A DNA stretch of 64,000 nt, taken from positions 1-64,000 of the forward strand of contig CAVVLJ010000022.1 of NCBI GenBank assembly GCA_963749075.1, read 5' to 3'. Origin of the DNA: an uncultured Pseudomonadota bacterium (GTDB lineage: Bacteria > Pseudomonadota > Alphaproteobacteria > JACZXZ01). Below the pieces are notes generated by a model. That model was not told the origin of the DNA. It saw only the letters and a list, made by a program, of their open reading frames with translations, and did no database searches. Made by a program: the position numbers and the translations under genes. Positions 19,644 to 29,181 of the stretch are shown one piece after another (position 1 is the first letter of the stretch; every line of letters starts with the position of its first letter).

Positions 19644-20447
19644 ATGGCCCGCTACTGGCGCAATCTCACCACCCTCGATTTCGCGGCCGCAGCACTCGAG
19701 CCCGAGCGCACGGTGGCGCTCTTGCCCGTGGCGGCGATCGAGCAGCATGGGCCCCATCTCCCGGTCGGCGTCGACGCCCTCATCAACGAGGGGATCGTCG
19801 GCCGCGCCATGGCGCTCATGCCGGATGAGGTGCTGGTGCTGCCGACGATGGAGGTCGGCACGTCGAGCGAGCATCAGGCCTTCCCCGGCACGCTCACGCT
19901 CGGCGCCGAGACGCTCATCCGCCTGTGGGGCGAGATCGGCGAGAGCGTTTACCGCGCCGGCCTGCGCAAGCTCGTGATGGTCAACAGCCACGGCGGGCAG
20001 CCCCAGGTCATGGAGATCGTGGCGCGCGATTTGCGCGTGCGCCTCGGCATGTTCGCGGTCGCCTGCAGCCTCTCGGCGCTCGGCCGCATCCCCGGCCTCT
20101 TCCCGGCTCCTGAGTCCGAGCACGGCATCCACGGCGGCTCGTCCGAGACCTCGCAGATGCTGCACCTGCGGCCCGAGCTCGTGCGCAAGGACCGCCTCGC
20201 CAATTTCGTGCCCGCCTCCATCCGCATGGCCGAGGACTACAAGTACCTGCGGCCCGAGGGCAAGGGCATCGCCTTCGGTTGGCAGACCCAGGACCTCAAC
20301 GAGGAGGGCGCCTGCGGCAATGCCGGCGACGCCGATGCCGAGCGCGGCCGCCAGCTCGTCGAGCTGCGCGCCAAGGGCTTGGCCGAGCTGGTGGCCGAGG
20401 TCATGCGCTTCCCTCTCGCCGCCCTCAAGCGCGGCCCGCTTGGCTAG
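19644..20447 (+). CDS. Creatininase-family amidohydrolase
   Basis: EQHGPHLPVGVD, SSEHQAFPGTL, NSHGG, HGGSSETS. Confidence 0.92.
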   Translation: MARYWRNLTTLDFAAAALEPERTVALLPVAAIEQHGPHLPVGVDALINEGIVGRAMALMPDEVLVLPTMEVGTSSEHQAFPGTLTLGAETLIRLWGEIGESVYRAGLRKLVMVNSHGGQPQVMEIVARDLRVRLGMFAVACSLSALGRIPGLFPAPESEHGIHGGSSETSQMLHLRPELVRKDRLANFVPASIRMAEDYKYLRPEGKGIAFGWQTQDLNEEGACGNAGDADAERGRQLVELRAKGLAELVAEVMRFPLAALKRGPLG

Positions 20448-20696
20448 AGCAGCGCACGGATGCGACCCGCCGCTCCATGCGCGGCGATGGCATGGCGGTG
20501 GCTTTCGCGAACGCCGGCATGCGGCGCCGACTCGCCGTTTTCGAGTGCGGCTTTCGACCGTGCGGTTTCGAGCCTTGCGTCGGCGGCGACACTTAAATAA
20601 AATTGCAATTATGGTGTGCACGCAAGGCTCGCTTGTCGTGCCGGGTGGGAAACGCGGGCTAAAGCCGCCGGGCCAACGGCGGAGGCGGTATCGAAT

Positions 20697-21971
20697 ATGA
20701 CGCACTCCTTTCTCCCGAGCCGGCGCGGCCTCTTGAGGCGCGGCCTCGCCGTGGCGGGCGGCCTGACCATGCTGCCGCGACTCGCGCGCGGCGCAGCGGC
20801 GGCCGAGGGCCAGCCGCCGGCGCCGCCGGCCGATTCCCCTTGGTCGCAATCGCTCGGTCCAGGCGTGGTCGACCGGCCCTATGGCCAGCCGTCGCAGTGG
20901 GAGAAGTTCGTCATTCGCCGCAATGTGCCCTGGCTCACCGCGACGCCTGAATCCTCGGTGAGCTTCACGCCGCTGCAGGACCAGCGGGGCATCATCACGG
21001 CGAACGGCCTCTTCTTCGAGCGCTATCACGGCGGCCGGCCGACGGTCGATCCCAAGGAGCATCGGCTGATGATCCACGGCATGGTGGACCGCCCGCTGCT
21101 GCTGACGATGGACGACATCCAGCGCTTCCCCTCGGTCTCGCGCGTTCACTTCATCGAGTGCCCGGCGAATGGCGGCATGGAATGGCGCGCGGCGCAGCTC
21201 GACTCGCTGCAATTCACCCATGGCATGCTGAGCTGCGCCGAGTGGACGGGGGTCAAGCTCTCGACGCTCTTGGCCGAGGTCGGCCTCAAGGCGGGCGCGG
21301 AATGGGCGCTCGTCGAGGGTGCCGACGGCGCGCATATGGATCGCAGCCTGCCGATCGAGAAATGTCTCGACGATTGCATCGTCGCCTATGGCCAGAACGG
21401 CGAGGCGCTGCGGCCCGAGCAGGGCTATCCGGTGCGCCTCGTCGTCCCGGGCTGGCAAGGCAACGTGAACATCAAGTGGCTGCGCCGAATCGAGATCGGC
21501 GACAAGCCCTGGTTCACGCGCGAGGAGACCTCGAAATACACCGAGCTGATGGCGGACGGCAAGGCGCGCGGCTTCACCTGGCTCATCTATGCGAAGTCCG
21601 TGATCACCTTCCCCTGCCCGGAGAAGCCGCTCAAGGGCGCCGGCATCTACGAGATTCGCGGCTTCGCCTGGTCGGGCAAGGGCCGCATCACGCACGTCGA
21701 CGTCTCGGCCGATGGCGGCGTCAACTGGCAGCCCGCGCGGCTGCAGGAGCCGGTGCTCCCGAAGGCCCTGACCCGCTTCACCCATGAGTGGCGCTGGGAC
21801 GGCAAGCCGGCGCTCCTGCAATCGCGCGCGGTCGACGAGACCGGCTTCGTCCAGCCGACCATCGCCGAGCTGCGCGCCGTACGCGGCGTGAACGGCATCT
21901 ACAACAACAACTCGATCCAGACCTGGCAGGTGAAACCGGACGGCAGCGTGTTCGATGTCCAGCTTTCCTGA
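20697..21971 (+). CDS. soxC: Sulfane dehydrogenase molybdoprotein subunit
   Basis: Tat SRRGLL, FFERYHGG, FIECPANG, LRPEQGYPVRL, KWLRRI. Confidence 0.93.
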   Translation: MTHSFLPSRRGLLRRGLAVAGGLTMLPRLARGAAAAEGQPPAPPADSPWSQSLGPGVVDRPYGQPSQWEKFVIRRNVPWLTATPESSVSFTPLQDQRGIITANGLFFERYHGGRPTVDPKEHRLMIHGMVDRPLLLTMDDIQRFPSVSRVHFIECPANGGMEWRAAQLDSLQFTHGMLSCAEWTGVKLSTLLAEVGLKAGAEWALVEGADGAHMDRSLPIEKCLDDCIVAYGQNGEALRPEQGYPVRLVVPGWQGNVNIKWLRRIEIGDKPWFTREETSKYTELMADGKARGFTWLIYAKSVITFPCPEKPLKGAGIYEIRGFAWSGKGRITHVDVSADGGVNWQPARLQEPVLPKALTRFTHEWRWDGKPALLQSRAVDETGFVQPTIAELRAVRGVNGIYNNNSIQTWQVKPDGSVFDVQLS

Positions 21972-22641
21972 CCGCCTCGCGCGCGCGGCTCTGAGCGCCG
22001 GTGCCGCACTGCTGCTCCTCGGCGCGGGGCCGGCGCCCGAGACTGCGCCTGCGGTCGGCCATTACGGCTATGGCAAGGTGGCGACGGCGGCGGAGATCGC
22101 CGGCTGGGCGATCGCCGTGCGACCGGACGGGCAAGGCCTGCCGCCGGGCAAGGGATCGGTCGGAGAGGGCGCCAACGTCTATGCCGAGCAATGCACGGCG
22201 TGCCACGGCACTTTCGGCGAGGGCGAGGCGCGTTTCCCGAAGCTCGCGGGCGGCGGCGGTCTGACCGGCGACCGGCCCGAGCCGACGGTCGGCAATTATT
22301 GGCCCTACGCCACGACGCTCTTCGACTACATCAACCGCGCGATGCCCTTCCCGGCGCCGCACACGCTGACGCCGGATGAGGTCTATGCGATGACCGCCTA
22401 TGTGCTCAACGTGAACAACGTCGTGCCCAATGATTTCGTCGCCGACGCAGAGAGCCTGCCCAAGGTGAAGATGCCGAACGTCAACGGCTTCATCTGGAAG
22501 GATCCGCGGCCCGACACCGCGGACAAGGAATGCATGACGGATTGCCGCGACCCGGCGAGCGTGAAGCTTTCCTCGACCGCCGAGGGCAAGGGCCTGACGC
22601 CGCGCGAGGACGGACCGCTCGACGAGATGCAGCCGAAATAG
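21955..22641 (+). CDS. soxD: Monoheme cytochrome c subunit of SoxCD
   Basis: PDGQGLPPGKG, CTACH, TVGNYWPYATTLFDYINRAMP; overlaps soxC. Confidence 0.9.
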   Translation: MSSFPDRLARAALSAGAALLLLGAGPAPETAPAVGHYGYGKVATAAEIAGWAIAVRPDGQGLPPGKGSVGEGANVYAEQCTACHGTFGEGEARFPKLAGGGGLTGDRPEPTVGNYWPYATTLFDYINRAMPFPAPHTLTPDEVYAMTAYVLNVNNVVPNDFVADAESLPKVKMPNVNGFIWKDPRPDTADKECMTDCRDPASVKLSSTAEGKGLTPREDGPLDEMQPK

Positions 22642-22668
22642 CCGGGTATCGATCGCGAAGGAGCGGGG

Positions 22669-23037
22669 ATGAGGACGGGTCTTTGGCTGACGCTCGCGGC
22701 CGCGGTGGCGGCATTCGTCGTCGCCATCGCGGCGCATGGCCAGGCTCCCGCGGCGGCACCGGCGACGCCGGCCGCCATGGGCGAAAAGGTCGCGTTCGAC
22801 CGGGGCAAGGGCAACTGCCTCGCCTGCCACACGATGCGGGGCAGCGACGTGCCGAGCAATGTCGGGCCGGAGCTGTCGGACATCAAGAAGCGCTATCCCG
22901 ACCCGAAGGACCTCTACGCGATCCTCAACGACGAGGAGGCGCGCAATCCGCTGACGGTGATGCCGTGCTTCGGCAGGGATCTCATCCTCTCGAAACCGGA
23001 GATCGATCAAGTCATCGCATTCCTCTACACCCTGTGA
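22669..23037 (+). CDS. soxX: Cytochrome c SoxX
   Basis: FDRGKGNCLACH, NVGPEL, TVMPCFG. Confidence 0.92.
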   Translation: MRTGLWLTLAAAVAAFVVAIAAHGQAPAAAPATPAAMGEKVAFDRGKGNCLACHTMRGSDVPSNVGPELSDIKKRYPDPKDLYAILNDEEARNPLTVMPCFGRDLILSKPEIDQVIAFLYTL

Positions 23038-23061
23038 GCGGCATGCGCAGAAGGAGCATTC

Positions 23062-23568
23062 ATGGCTGAGCAGACGATCGCACCGCCGGCCGGCAAGGAT
23101 ACCGACCGGCGGACGGTGCTGAAGGGATTGAGCGCTGCGGCGCTGGCCGGTTTCGGGCTCGCCGCCGGCATCGCCGTGCCGGCCCTGGCCGACGATGCGC
23201 CGGGCTGGCCGCGCGACGCCTTCAAGCAGACGAAGGAGGATGACGCGATCAAGGCGCTTTACGGCAAGAGCGTCGAGCCGTCGGACAAGATCTCGCTCGA
23301 CGTGCCGGAGATCGCCGAGAACGGCGCGGTCGTGCCGGTGGCGGTCTCGGTGTCGCTCGCGGGCGTGACCTCGCTCGCGATCCTGGTGCCCGAGAACCCC
23401 TTCGCGCTCGCCGCCTCCTACAAGATTCCCGAGGGCACCGAGCCGGCGGTCGCGTGCCGGCTGAAGATGGCCAAGACGAGCCAAGTCGTCGCGGTCGCCG
23501 AGGCCGGCGGCAAGCTCTACAGCGCCTCGAAAGAGGTGAAGGTCACGCTCGGCGGCTGCGGCGGCTGA
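23062..23568 (+). CDS. soxY: Sulfur carrier SoxY
   Basis: Tat DRRTVL, PEIAENGAVVP, C-terminal VKVTLGGCGG. Confidence 0.97.
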   Translation: MAEQTIAPPAGKDTDRRTVLKGLSAAALAGFGLAAGIAVPALADDAPGWPRDAFKQTKEDDAIKALYGKSVEPSDKISLDVPEIAENGAVVPVAVSVSLAGVTSLAILVPENPFALAASYKIPEGTEPAVACRLKMAKTSQVVAVAEAGGKLYSASKEVKVTLGGCGG

Positions 23569-23598
23569 GCAGGAGATCGGGCCAAGGAGGCCATCAAG

Positions 23599-23910
23599 GT
23601 GCCATCAACCATCCGCGTGAGAGCCGTCGCCAGCGGCGATACCGTCGAGGTGCAGTCGCTGATCCAGCACCCGATGGACTCGGGCTTCGTCAAGGACGGC
23701 AAGGGCGGGATCATTGCCGCCCATTACATCGAGGTCCTGAGCTTCGAGCACGGCGGCAAGAACGTCTTCACCGCGTTCTGGGGTCCCGCCGTGGCCAAGG
23801 ACCCCTATATCAAATTCCGCTTCAAGGGCGGCAAGAAGGGCGATGCGCTGAAGATCAGCTGGGTCGACAACGAGGGCAAGAAGGACGAGTCGGAAGCCAC
23901 GGTCCTTTAG
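23599..23910 (+). CDS. soxZ: Sulfur carrier partner SoxZ
   Basis: HPMDSG...AAHYI, KDPYIKF, WVDNEG. Confidence 0.95.
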   Translation: MPSTIRVRAVASGDTVEVQSLIQHPMDSGFVKDGKGGIIAAHYIEVLSFEHGGKNVFTAFWGPAVAKDPYIKFRFKGGKKGDALKISWVDNEGKKDESEATVL

Positions 23911-23953
23911 GACCGCGACGCGGCACGGCATGCGAATGTTGAGGGAGGGAGCG

Positions 23954-24793
23954 ATGGTTCGGCGACTGCTGGCGGCGCTGGCGATCCTCTCCGCTGCGGC
24001 GGCGGCGCAAGCAGCCGAGTGGCCCGACCCCGCCGCGGATCTCAAGGCGTTCCAGAACCACTTCAAAGAGGCGTTTCCCAACGTCCCTCCCGACGACTTC
24101 GTCAACGGGCCCTACGCGATGGACAAGGGCATGCGCAAGCAATGGGAGGAGATTCTCCAATTCCCGCCCTATGACTTCGCGCTCGACGAGGGCAAGCGGC
24201 TCTTCGCCGCGCCCTTCAAGAACGGCAAGACCTATGCCGATTGCTTCCCGAACAAGGGCATCGGCATCCGGCAGAACTATCCCTATTTCGACACCAAGTC
24301 CGGCGAGGTGGTGACGCTCGAGATGGCGATCAACCAGTGCCGCGTCGCAAACGGCGAGGCGCCGCTCGACTACGAGAAGGGGCCGATGGCGTCGCTCTCG
24401 TCCTATATGGCGGAGACCTCGCGCGGCAAGCGCTTCGACATCGAGATCCCGAAGGACGAGCGCGCGCTTGCCGCGTATGAGGAGGGCAAGCGGTATTTCT
24501 ACACGCGCCGCGGCCAGCTCAATTTCTCCTGCGCAAGCTGCCACGTTCAGGCGGCCGGCAAGCGGCTGCGCGGCGACATCCTGGCGCCGGCCGAGGGCAT
24601 TCTCGCGTCGTTTCCAATCTACCGCTCCGATTGGGGCAGCATAGGCACGATCGCCCGCCGCTTCACGTCGTGCAATGCGCAGGTCCGCGCCGTTGCGCTC
24701 AAGCCGGACGACAAGACCTACCGCAACCTCGAATATTTCCTGAGCTACATGGGCAATGGCTTGCCGGTCGCCGGGCCGGGCACCCGGCCCTAG
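23954..24793 (+). CDS. soxA: Monoheme SoxA (L-cysteine S-thiosulfotransferase)
   Basis: RRGQLNFSCASCH, FPIYR, RRFTSCNAQVRA. The N-terminal site is YADCF...INQCR rather than CxxCH. Confidence 0.93.
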   Translation: MVRRLLAALAILSAAAAAQAAEWPDPAADLKAFQNHFKEAFPNVPPDDFVNGPYAMDKGMRKQWEEILQFPPYDFALDEGKRLFAAPFKNGKTYADCFPNKGIGIRQNYPYFDTKSGEVVTLEMAINQCRVANGEAPLDYEKGPMASLSSYMAETSRGKRFDIEIPKDERALAAYEEGKRYFYTRRGQLNFSCASCHVQAAGKRLRGDILAPAEGILASFPIYRSDWGSIGTIARRFTSCNAQVRAVALKPDDKTYRNLEYFLSYMGNGLPVAGPGTRP

Positions 24794-24833
24794 CGCCCGC
24801 GCGAAGCGAACCGCCGCAGTTGAAGGGACCGTC

Positions 24834-25136
24834 ATGAAAAGAGCCGCATGGAGCCTCGCCGTGGTGATGGCGCTTGCTGCGCCGGCCTTTGCCGCGAGCG
24901 AGGCCGATTTCAAGGCGGCCTATGCCGCGGCCGAGAAGGCGGAGCAGCAGGCGATGGCCGTGCGCAACGCCTGGACGGTGACTGAGACGGCCTTGAAGGA
25001 CGCGCAAAGGGCGGCGGCGGCAGAGAAATACGACGAGGCGGTGGAGCTGGCCAAGCACGCCGAGGCGCTTGCCGAGGCCTCGCTCCGCCAGGAGAAGGAG
25101 CAGCGCACGGCGTGGCGCGCGGCGGTCGTGCATTGA
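24834..25136 (+). CDS. Probable SoxAX-binding protein (SoxK-like)
   Basis: 100-aa exported Ala-rich helical protein with NAWTVTET motif, located between soxA and soxB. Confidence 0.6.
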   Translation: MKRAAWSLAVVMALAAPAFAASEADFKAAYAAAEKAEQQAMAVRNAWTVTETALKDAQRAAAAEKYDEAVELAKHAEALAEASLRQEKEQRTAWRAAVVH

Positions 25137-25152
25137 GCCGGGCAAGGGCGCG

Positions 25153-26907
25153 ATGACGCTCAGTCGGCGGCAGACGCTCAAGCTGCTGGCGGCCGCGGCG
25201 GCGGCAGGTGCCGTGCCGCGGATCGGCCGCGCGCAGGCGCGCCGCGACATCTACGACATCGGCCGCTCGGGAAATGTCCGCATCCTGCATCAGACGGACA
25301 CGCATGCGCAGACGCTGCCGATCTATTTCCGCGAGCCCAGCGCCAATATCGGCGTCGGCGCGGCGGAAGGCCAGCCGCCGCACCTCGTCGGCCAGCCCTT
25401 CCTCGAGCACTTCCACGTTCCGGCCGGCACGCGCCGCGCCCATGCCTTCAGCTGTCTCGATTTCGCCGACGCCGCGCATCGCTACGGCGCGCTCGGCGGC
25501 TTCGCGCATCTGAAGACGCTGATCGACCGCCTGCGCGCCGAGGCCGGGCCAGAGAACACGCTGCTGCTCGACGGCGGCGATCTGTGGCAGGGCTCGGGCC
25601 TCGCCAATCTCATGCGCGGCGCCGACATGGTGGAGCTTTCGAACATGCTTGGCGTCGACGCGATGACGCCGCATTGGGAGCTCACCTATGGCGAGGCGCA
25701 GGTGCGCAAGAACATCGCCGCCTTCAAGGGCGACTTCATCGCCCAAAACGTCTTCCTCACCGACGAGGCCTCCTTCAGCGGTGCCGAGGCCTTCGACGCC
25801 GCTTCAGGGCGGGTCTTCCGGCCCTATGCGGTGAAGGAGCTCGGCGGACGCCGCATCGCGGTGATCGGCCAGGCCTTTCCCTATCAGCCGATCGCGCATC
25901 CGCGCCGTCTCGTGCCGGACTGGACCTTCGGCATCCGCGACGCCGAGCTGCAAAAGCTCGTCGACGAGGTGCGCGCCAAGGAGCGGCCCGACGCGGTTCT
26001 CCTTCTGTCGCATAACGGCATGGATGTCGACCTCAAGCTCGCGAGCCGCGTGCGCGGCATCGACGTGGTCCTCGGCGGCCACACCCATGACGCGGTGCCG
26101 GAGCCGAGCGCCGTCGCCAATGCCGGCGGCAAGACGCTCGTCACCAATGCGGGATCGAACGGCAAGTTCCTGGCGGTGCTGGACCTCGAGCTCGAGCCGG
26201 GGCGCGTTGCCGGCTTGCGCTACACCTTGCTGCCGGTCTTCAGCAATCTTCTGCCGCCGGACAAGGACGTGATGGCGCGCATCGCGGCGCTCGAGGCGCC
26301 GCAGGCGAAAGTCTTCGAGGAAAATCTCGCCGTCGCGGACGGGCTCCTCTACCGGCGCGGCAACTTCAACGGGACGCTGGATCAACTCATCTGCGACGCG
26401 CTGCGCGAGGAAACGGGCGCAGAGATCGCTCTCTCGCCCGGCTTCCGCTGGGGGCCCACGCTGCTGGCGGGCGAGCAGATCACCATGCGCGATCTCTTGG
26501 CGGAGACGGCGATCGCCTATCCCGACGTCTATGTGCAGGACATGACCGGCGCCGACCTCAAGTCGGTGATGGAGGATGTCTGCGACAATCTCTTCAACCC
26601 CGATCCCTATCTGCAGCAAGGCGGCGACATGGTGCGGCTCGGCGGCCTGAATTACGTCTGCTCGCCGGCCGAAAAGATGGGCGCGCGCATTTCCGACATG
26701 ACGCTCGACGACGGCACCAAGCTCGAGGCGGGCAAGAGCTATCGCGTGGCCGGCTGGGCATCGGTCAATCTCGAGCAGAACGGCACGCCGGTGTGGGAGG
26801 TGGTGGCGAAGCATCTGCGCGCCGCGCGGACAGCCAAGGTCGCGAAGCTGAACCAGGTCAAGCTCAAGGGCATTGGCGCCAACCCCGGCTACCTGCCAAA
26901 CGCATGA
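25153..26907 (+). CDS. soxB: Thiosulfohydrolase SoxB
   Basis: TDTHAQ, YFREPS, DGGDLWQGS, HWELT, LSHNGMDVD, GGHTHD, DPYLQQGGDMVR. Confidence 0.96.
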   Translation: MTLSRRQTLKLLAAAAAAGAVPRIGRAQARRDIYDIGRSGNVRILHQTDTHAQTLPIYFREPSANIGVGAAEGQPPHLVGQPFLEHFHVPAGTRRAHAFSCLDFADAAHRYGALGGFAHLKTLIDRLRAEAGPENTLLLDGGDLWQGSGLANLMRGADMVELSNMLGVDAMTPHWELTYGEAQVRKNIAAFKGDFIAQNVFLTDEASFSGAEAFDAASGRVFRPYAVKELGGRRIAVIGQAFPYQPIAHPRRLVPDWTFGIRDAELQKLVDEVRAKERPDAVLLLSHNGMDVDLKLASRVRGIDVVLGGHTHDAVPEPSAVANAGGKTLVTNAGSNGKFLAVLDLELEPGRVAGLRYTLLPVFSNLLPPDKDVMARIAALEAPQAKVFEENLAVADGLLYRRGNFNGTLDQLICDALREETGAEIALSPGFRWGPTLLAGEQITMRDLLAETAIAYPDVYVQDMTGADLKSVMEDVCDNLFNPDPYLQQGGDMVRLGGLNYVCSPAEKMGARISDMTLDDGTKLEAGKSYRVAGWASVNLEQNGTPVWEVVAKHLRAARTAKVAKLNQVKLKGIGANPGYLPNA

Positions 26908-27404
26908 GCGGCAAGCAGCAGCGGCGCAAGGGTGAGGCGGCGCGAGCCGGCGCGTCGCGCCGCCGCGTCATCCAGGCGACCCTGATGGCCGCCGTCGCCG
27001 CCATGCCCGGCGCGGCACCGGCCGCCGAGGCGGCGGCCGAGGGGCCTTTCGTCGAGCATCGCCTGGCGTTGCAGCTTTCCGACCGCGAGGCGGCGAAGCA
27101 GGCGCTGGTCTTGAGCGTGGCGAACAATCTGCTGACGGAATACGGCCCCGACCGCATCGCGATCGAGGTGGTGTGCTTCGGGCCGGGGATCGATCTCTTG
27201 CGCAAGGAGGCGGAGAACGCCGTGGGGGTCGACAGCCTTGTCGCGCAAGGCGTGCGCTTCGACGTATGCATGAACACGGTCGAGACGGTCGAGCGCGATA
27301 CCGGCGCCCCCGTAGCACTCAATCCGAACGCGCATCAGGTGCGCGCCGGCGTAGCGCAGCTCCTCGCCTTGGCGGAGCGCGGCTACACCTTGGTCCGGCC
27401 ATGA
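26904..27404 (+). CDS. Exported DsrE-like protein
   Basis: SRRRVI signal-like N-terminus; IEVVCFGPGIDLL, FDVCMNT, GYTLVRP. Confidence 0.8.
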   Translation: MSGKQQRRKGEAARAGASRRRVIQATLMAAVAAMPGAAPAAEAAAEGPFVEHRLALQLSDREAAKQALVLSVANNLLTEYGPDRIAIEVVCFGPGIDLLRKEAENAVGVDSLVAQGVRFDVCMNTVETVERDTGAPVALNPNAHQVRAGVAQLLALAERGYTLVRP

Positions 27405-27493
27405 GAGCGGAATCGGAGGGGGACAACGGCTTGTCGATCGCAGATGGAGCCGCCCGCGCGCAGAGCCACGGTCGCTTGGCGCCGGGCTGAGCG

Positions 27494-28267
27494 ATGCTCG
27501 ATTTCCTTGCGATCCTCTCGGGCTCAGTCGTCGGCTTCTCGCTTGGCCTCATCGGCGGCGGCGGCTCGATCCTCGCCGTGCCGCTGCTCCTCTACGTCGT
27601 CGGCGTCCGCGAGCCGCATGTCGCGATCGGCACCAGCGCGCTCGCGGTCGCGGTGAATGCTTTCGTCAACGCCTTTGGCCATTGGCGGGCCGGCCACGTC
27701 AAATGGTCCTGCGCGCTCACCTTCGCGGCTTTCGGCTTCGTCGGCGCGTGGGCGGGCTCGACGCTGGGCAAGCTGTTCAACGGCGAGAAGCTCCTCTTCC
27801 TCTTCGCACTCCTCATGATCGTCGTGGGCATCGCCATGCTGCGGCGGCGGGGCCGAGGGGGGAATCCCCATGTCCGGCTGAGCAAGAAGATCGCGGTTCG
27901 ACTGGCAGCGCTTGGCCTTGCCACAGGAGCGCTCTCCGGTTTCTTCGGCATCGGCGGCGGATTCCTCATCGTCCCCGGCCTGATGCTCGGCAGCGGCATG
28001 CCGCTCTTGAACGCGATCGGCTCGTCGCTGATCGGCGTCGGCGTCTTCGGGCTGACCACGGCCGCAAACTACGCGCTCTCCGGCCTCATCGACTGGAAGA
28101 TCGCGATCGAGTTCGTGGTCGGCGGCGCGCTCGGCGGCTGGCTCGGCATGCAGCTGGCGATACGCCTCGCCTCGCACCGCGCGGCACTCACCTATGTCTT
28201 TGCCGGCATCATCTTCGCCGTCGCCATCTACATGCTGATCCGCACCGGCATGACGCTTGCGGCTTGA
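27494..28267 (+). CDS. TauE/SafE (TSUP) sulfite exporter family protein
   Basis: GLIGGGGSILAVP and GFFGIGGGFLIVP repeats, about 8 TM segments. Confidence 0.9.
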   Translation: MLDFLAILSGSVVGFSLGLIGGGGSILAVPLLLYVVGVREPHVAIGTSALAVAVNAFVNAFGHWRAGHVKWSCALTFAAFGFVGAWAGSTLGKLFNGEKLLFLFALLMIVVGIAMLRRRGRGGNPHVRLSKKIAVRLAALGLATGALSGFFGIGGGFLIVPGLMLGSGMPLLNAIGSSLIGVGVFGLTTAANYALSGLIDWKIAIEFVVGGALGGWLGMQLAIRLASHRAALTYVFAGIIFAVAIYMLIRTGMTLAA

Positions 28268-28279
28268 GGCGCCGCCGCC

Positions 28280-28624
28280 TCAGCTCAAGTGCGGCCTTGC
28301 CTTAGGCGCGCGCCGGGTGCCATGGGGCGGCGCGCGGCAGTAGAGCTTATAGAGCAGATCGATGACCTTGCCGGCCTGCTTGCTGTCGAGCGCATAGTAG
28401 ATACTGCGCGAGTTGCGGCGCGTCTTGACGAGCCCGTCCCGACGCAAGCGCGCGAGCTGCTGCGAGAGCCGCGGCTGCTGCATCCCGACGCGCTTTTCGA
28501 GCGCCGCGACCGATAGCTCGCCCTCCACGAGATGGCAAAGGATCAGCAGGCGCTGGGGGTTCGAGAGGCATTTGAGCAGCTTTGCCGCGAGGGAAGCCGC
28601 CCGCTCGATTTCGGCGACGTGCAT
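28280..28624 (-). CDS. ArsR/SmtB persulfide-responsive repressor (SoxR/BigR/SqrR-like)
   Basis: LSNPQRLLILCHL, SQQLARLR and C-terminal LYC: the two conserved Cys positions of BigR-type proteins. Confidence 0.88.
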   Translation of the reverse strand: MHVAEIERAASLAAKLLKCLSNPQRLLILCHLVEGELSVAALEKRVGMQQPRLSQQLARLRRDGLVKTRRNSRSIYYALDSKQAGKVIDLLYKLYCRAPPHGTRRAPKARPHLS

Positions 28625-28666
28625 AATTCAACAAAATTCCATGTGAATTATTCGCCTATCACACGA

Positions 28667-28695
28667 ATTATCGGCGCCACGCTCGGCAAAAGCAA
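28667..28695 (-). promoter_or_regulatory. Putative sigma70 promoter of the ArsR regulator
   Basis: Minus strand TTGCTT, 17 nt spacer, GATAAT, within an AT-rich patch. Confidence 0.45.
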
Positions 28696-28722
28696 ATAGA
28701 TCCGCAAAACGGCCGCGCGGAA

Positions 28723-29181
28723 TTATGGCCGGATATAGCTCCAGCCTTCTTCCTGCCGCTCCATCAGCCGGACGATGCCGGCGGGAACCACCACGGCTTC
28801 GGGGATAAGCTTGATCGGTTTGCCCTCGGCCTTCTCCATTCCCTTCAGCGTGTTGTTGCAGGCGGAGAATTGCACGCTGGGCATGGACTCCTTGAAGGCG
28901 GCGATCCGGCCGATGACCGGCGAGGTATCCTCGCGAAGCATGTGGAGGCCCGGCCCATAGGCAACGATCTCGACCGCGGCCTTCGCACCTTTCCTGGCGT
29001 AGTAGTCGACGACGCTCCTGGCGTTGTTGAGCGCCAGAGTCATCGTCGCGGCGTCGTTGGCGCTGACCTGAATGGCGACCCGGTGCCCGCTCTTCTCCGC
29101 CTCTGCCGCCGCCGCTGAGCGCAGCGCCGGCAGTGCGGCCAATGCGCCGCCGAGAACGGCCAACAATCCCCGTCGCTCCAT
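28723..29181 (-). CDS. Exported DsrE-like protein
   Basis: MERRGLL Tat-like signal; VEIVAYGPGLHML, FSACNNT, EGWSYIRP. Confidence 0.85.
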   Translation of the reverse strand: MERRGLLAVLGGALAALPALRSAAAAEAEKSGHRVAIQVSANDAATMTLALNNARSVVDYYARKGAKAAVEIVAYGPGLHMLREDTSPVIGRIAAFKESMPSVQFSACNNTLKGMEKAEGKPIKLIPEAVVVPAGIVRLMERQEEGWSYIRP

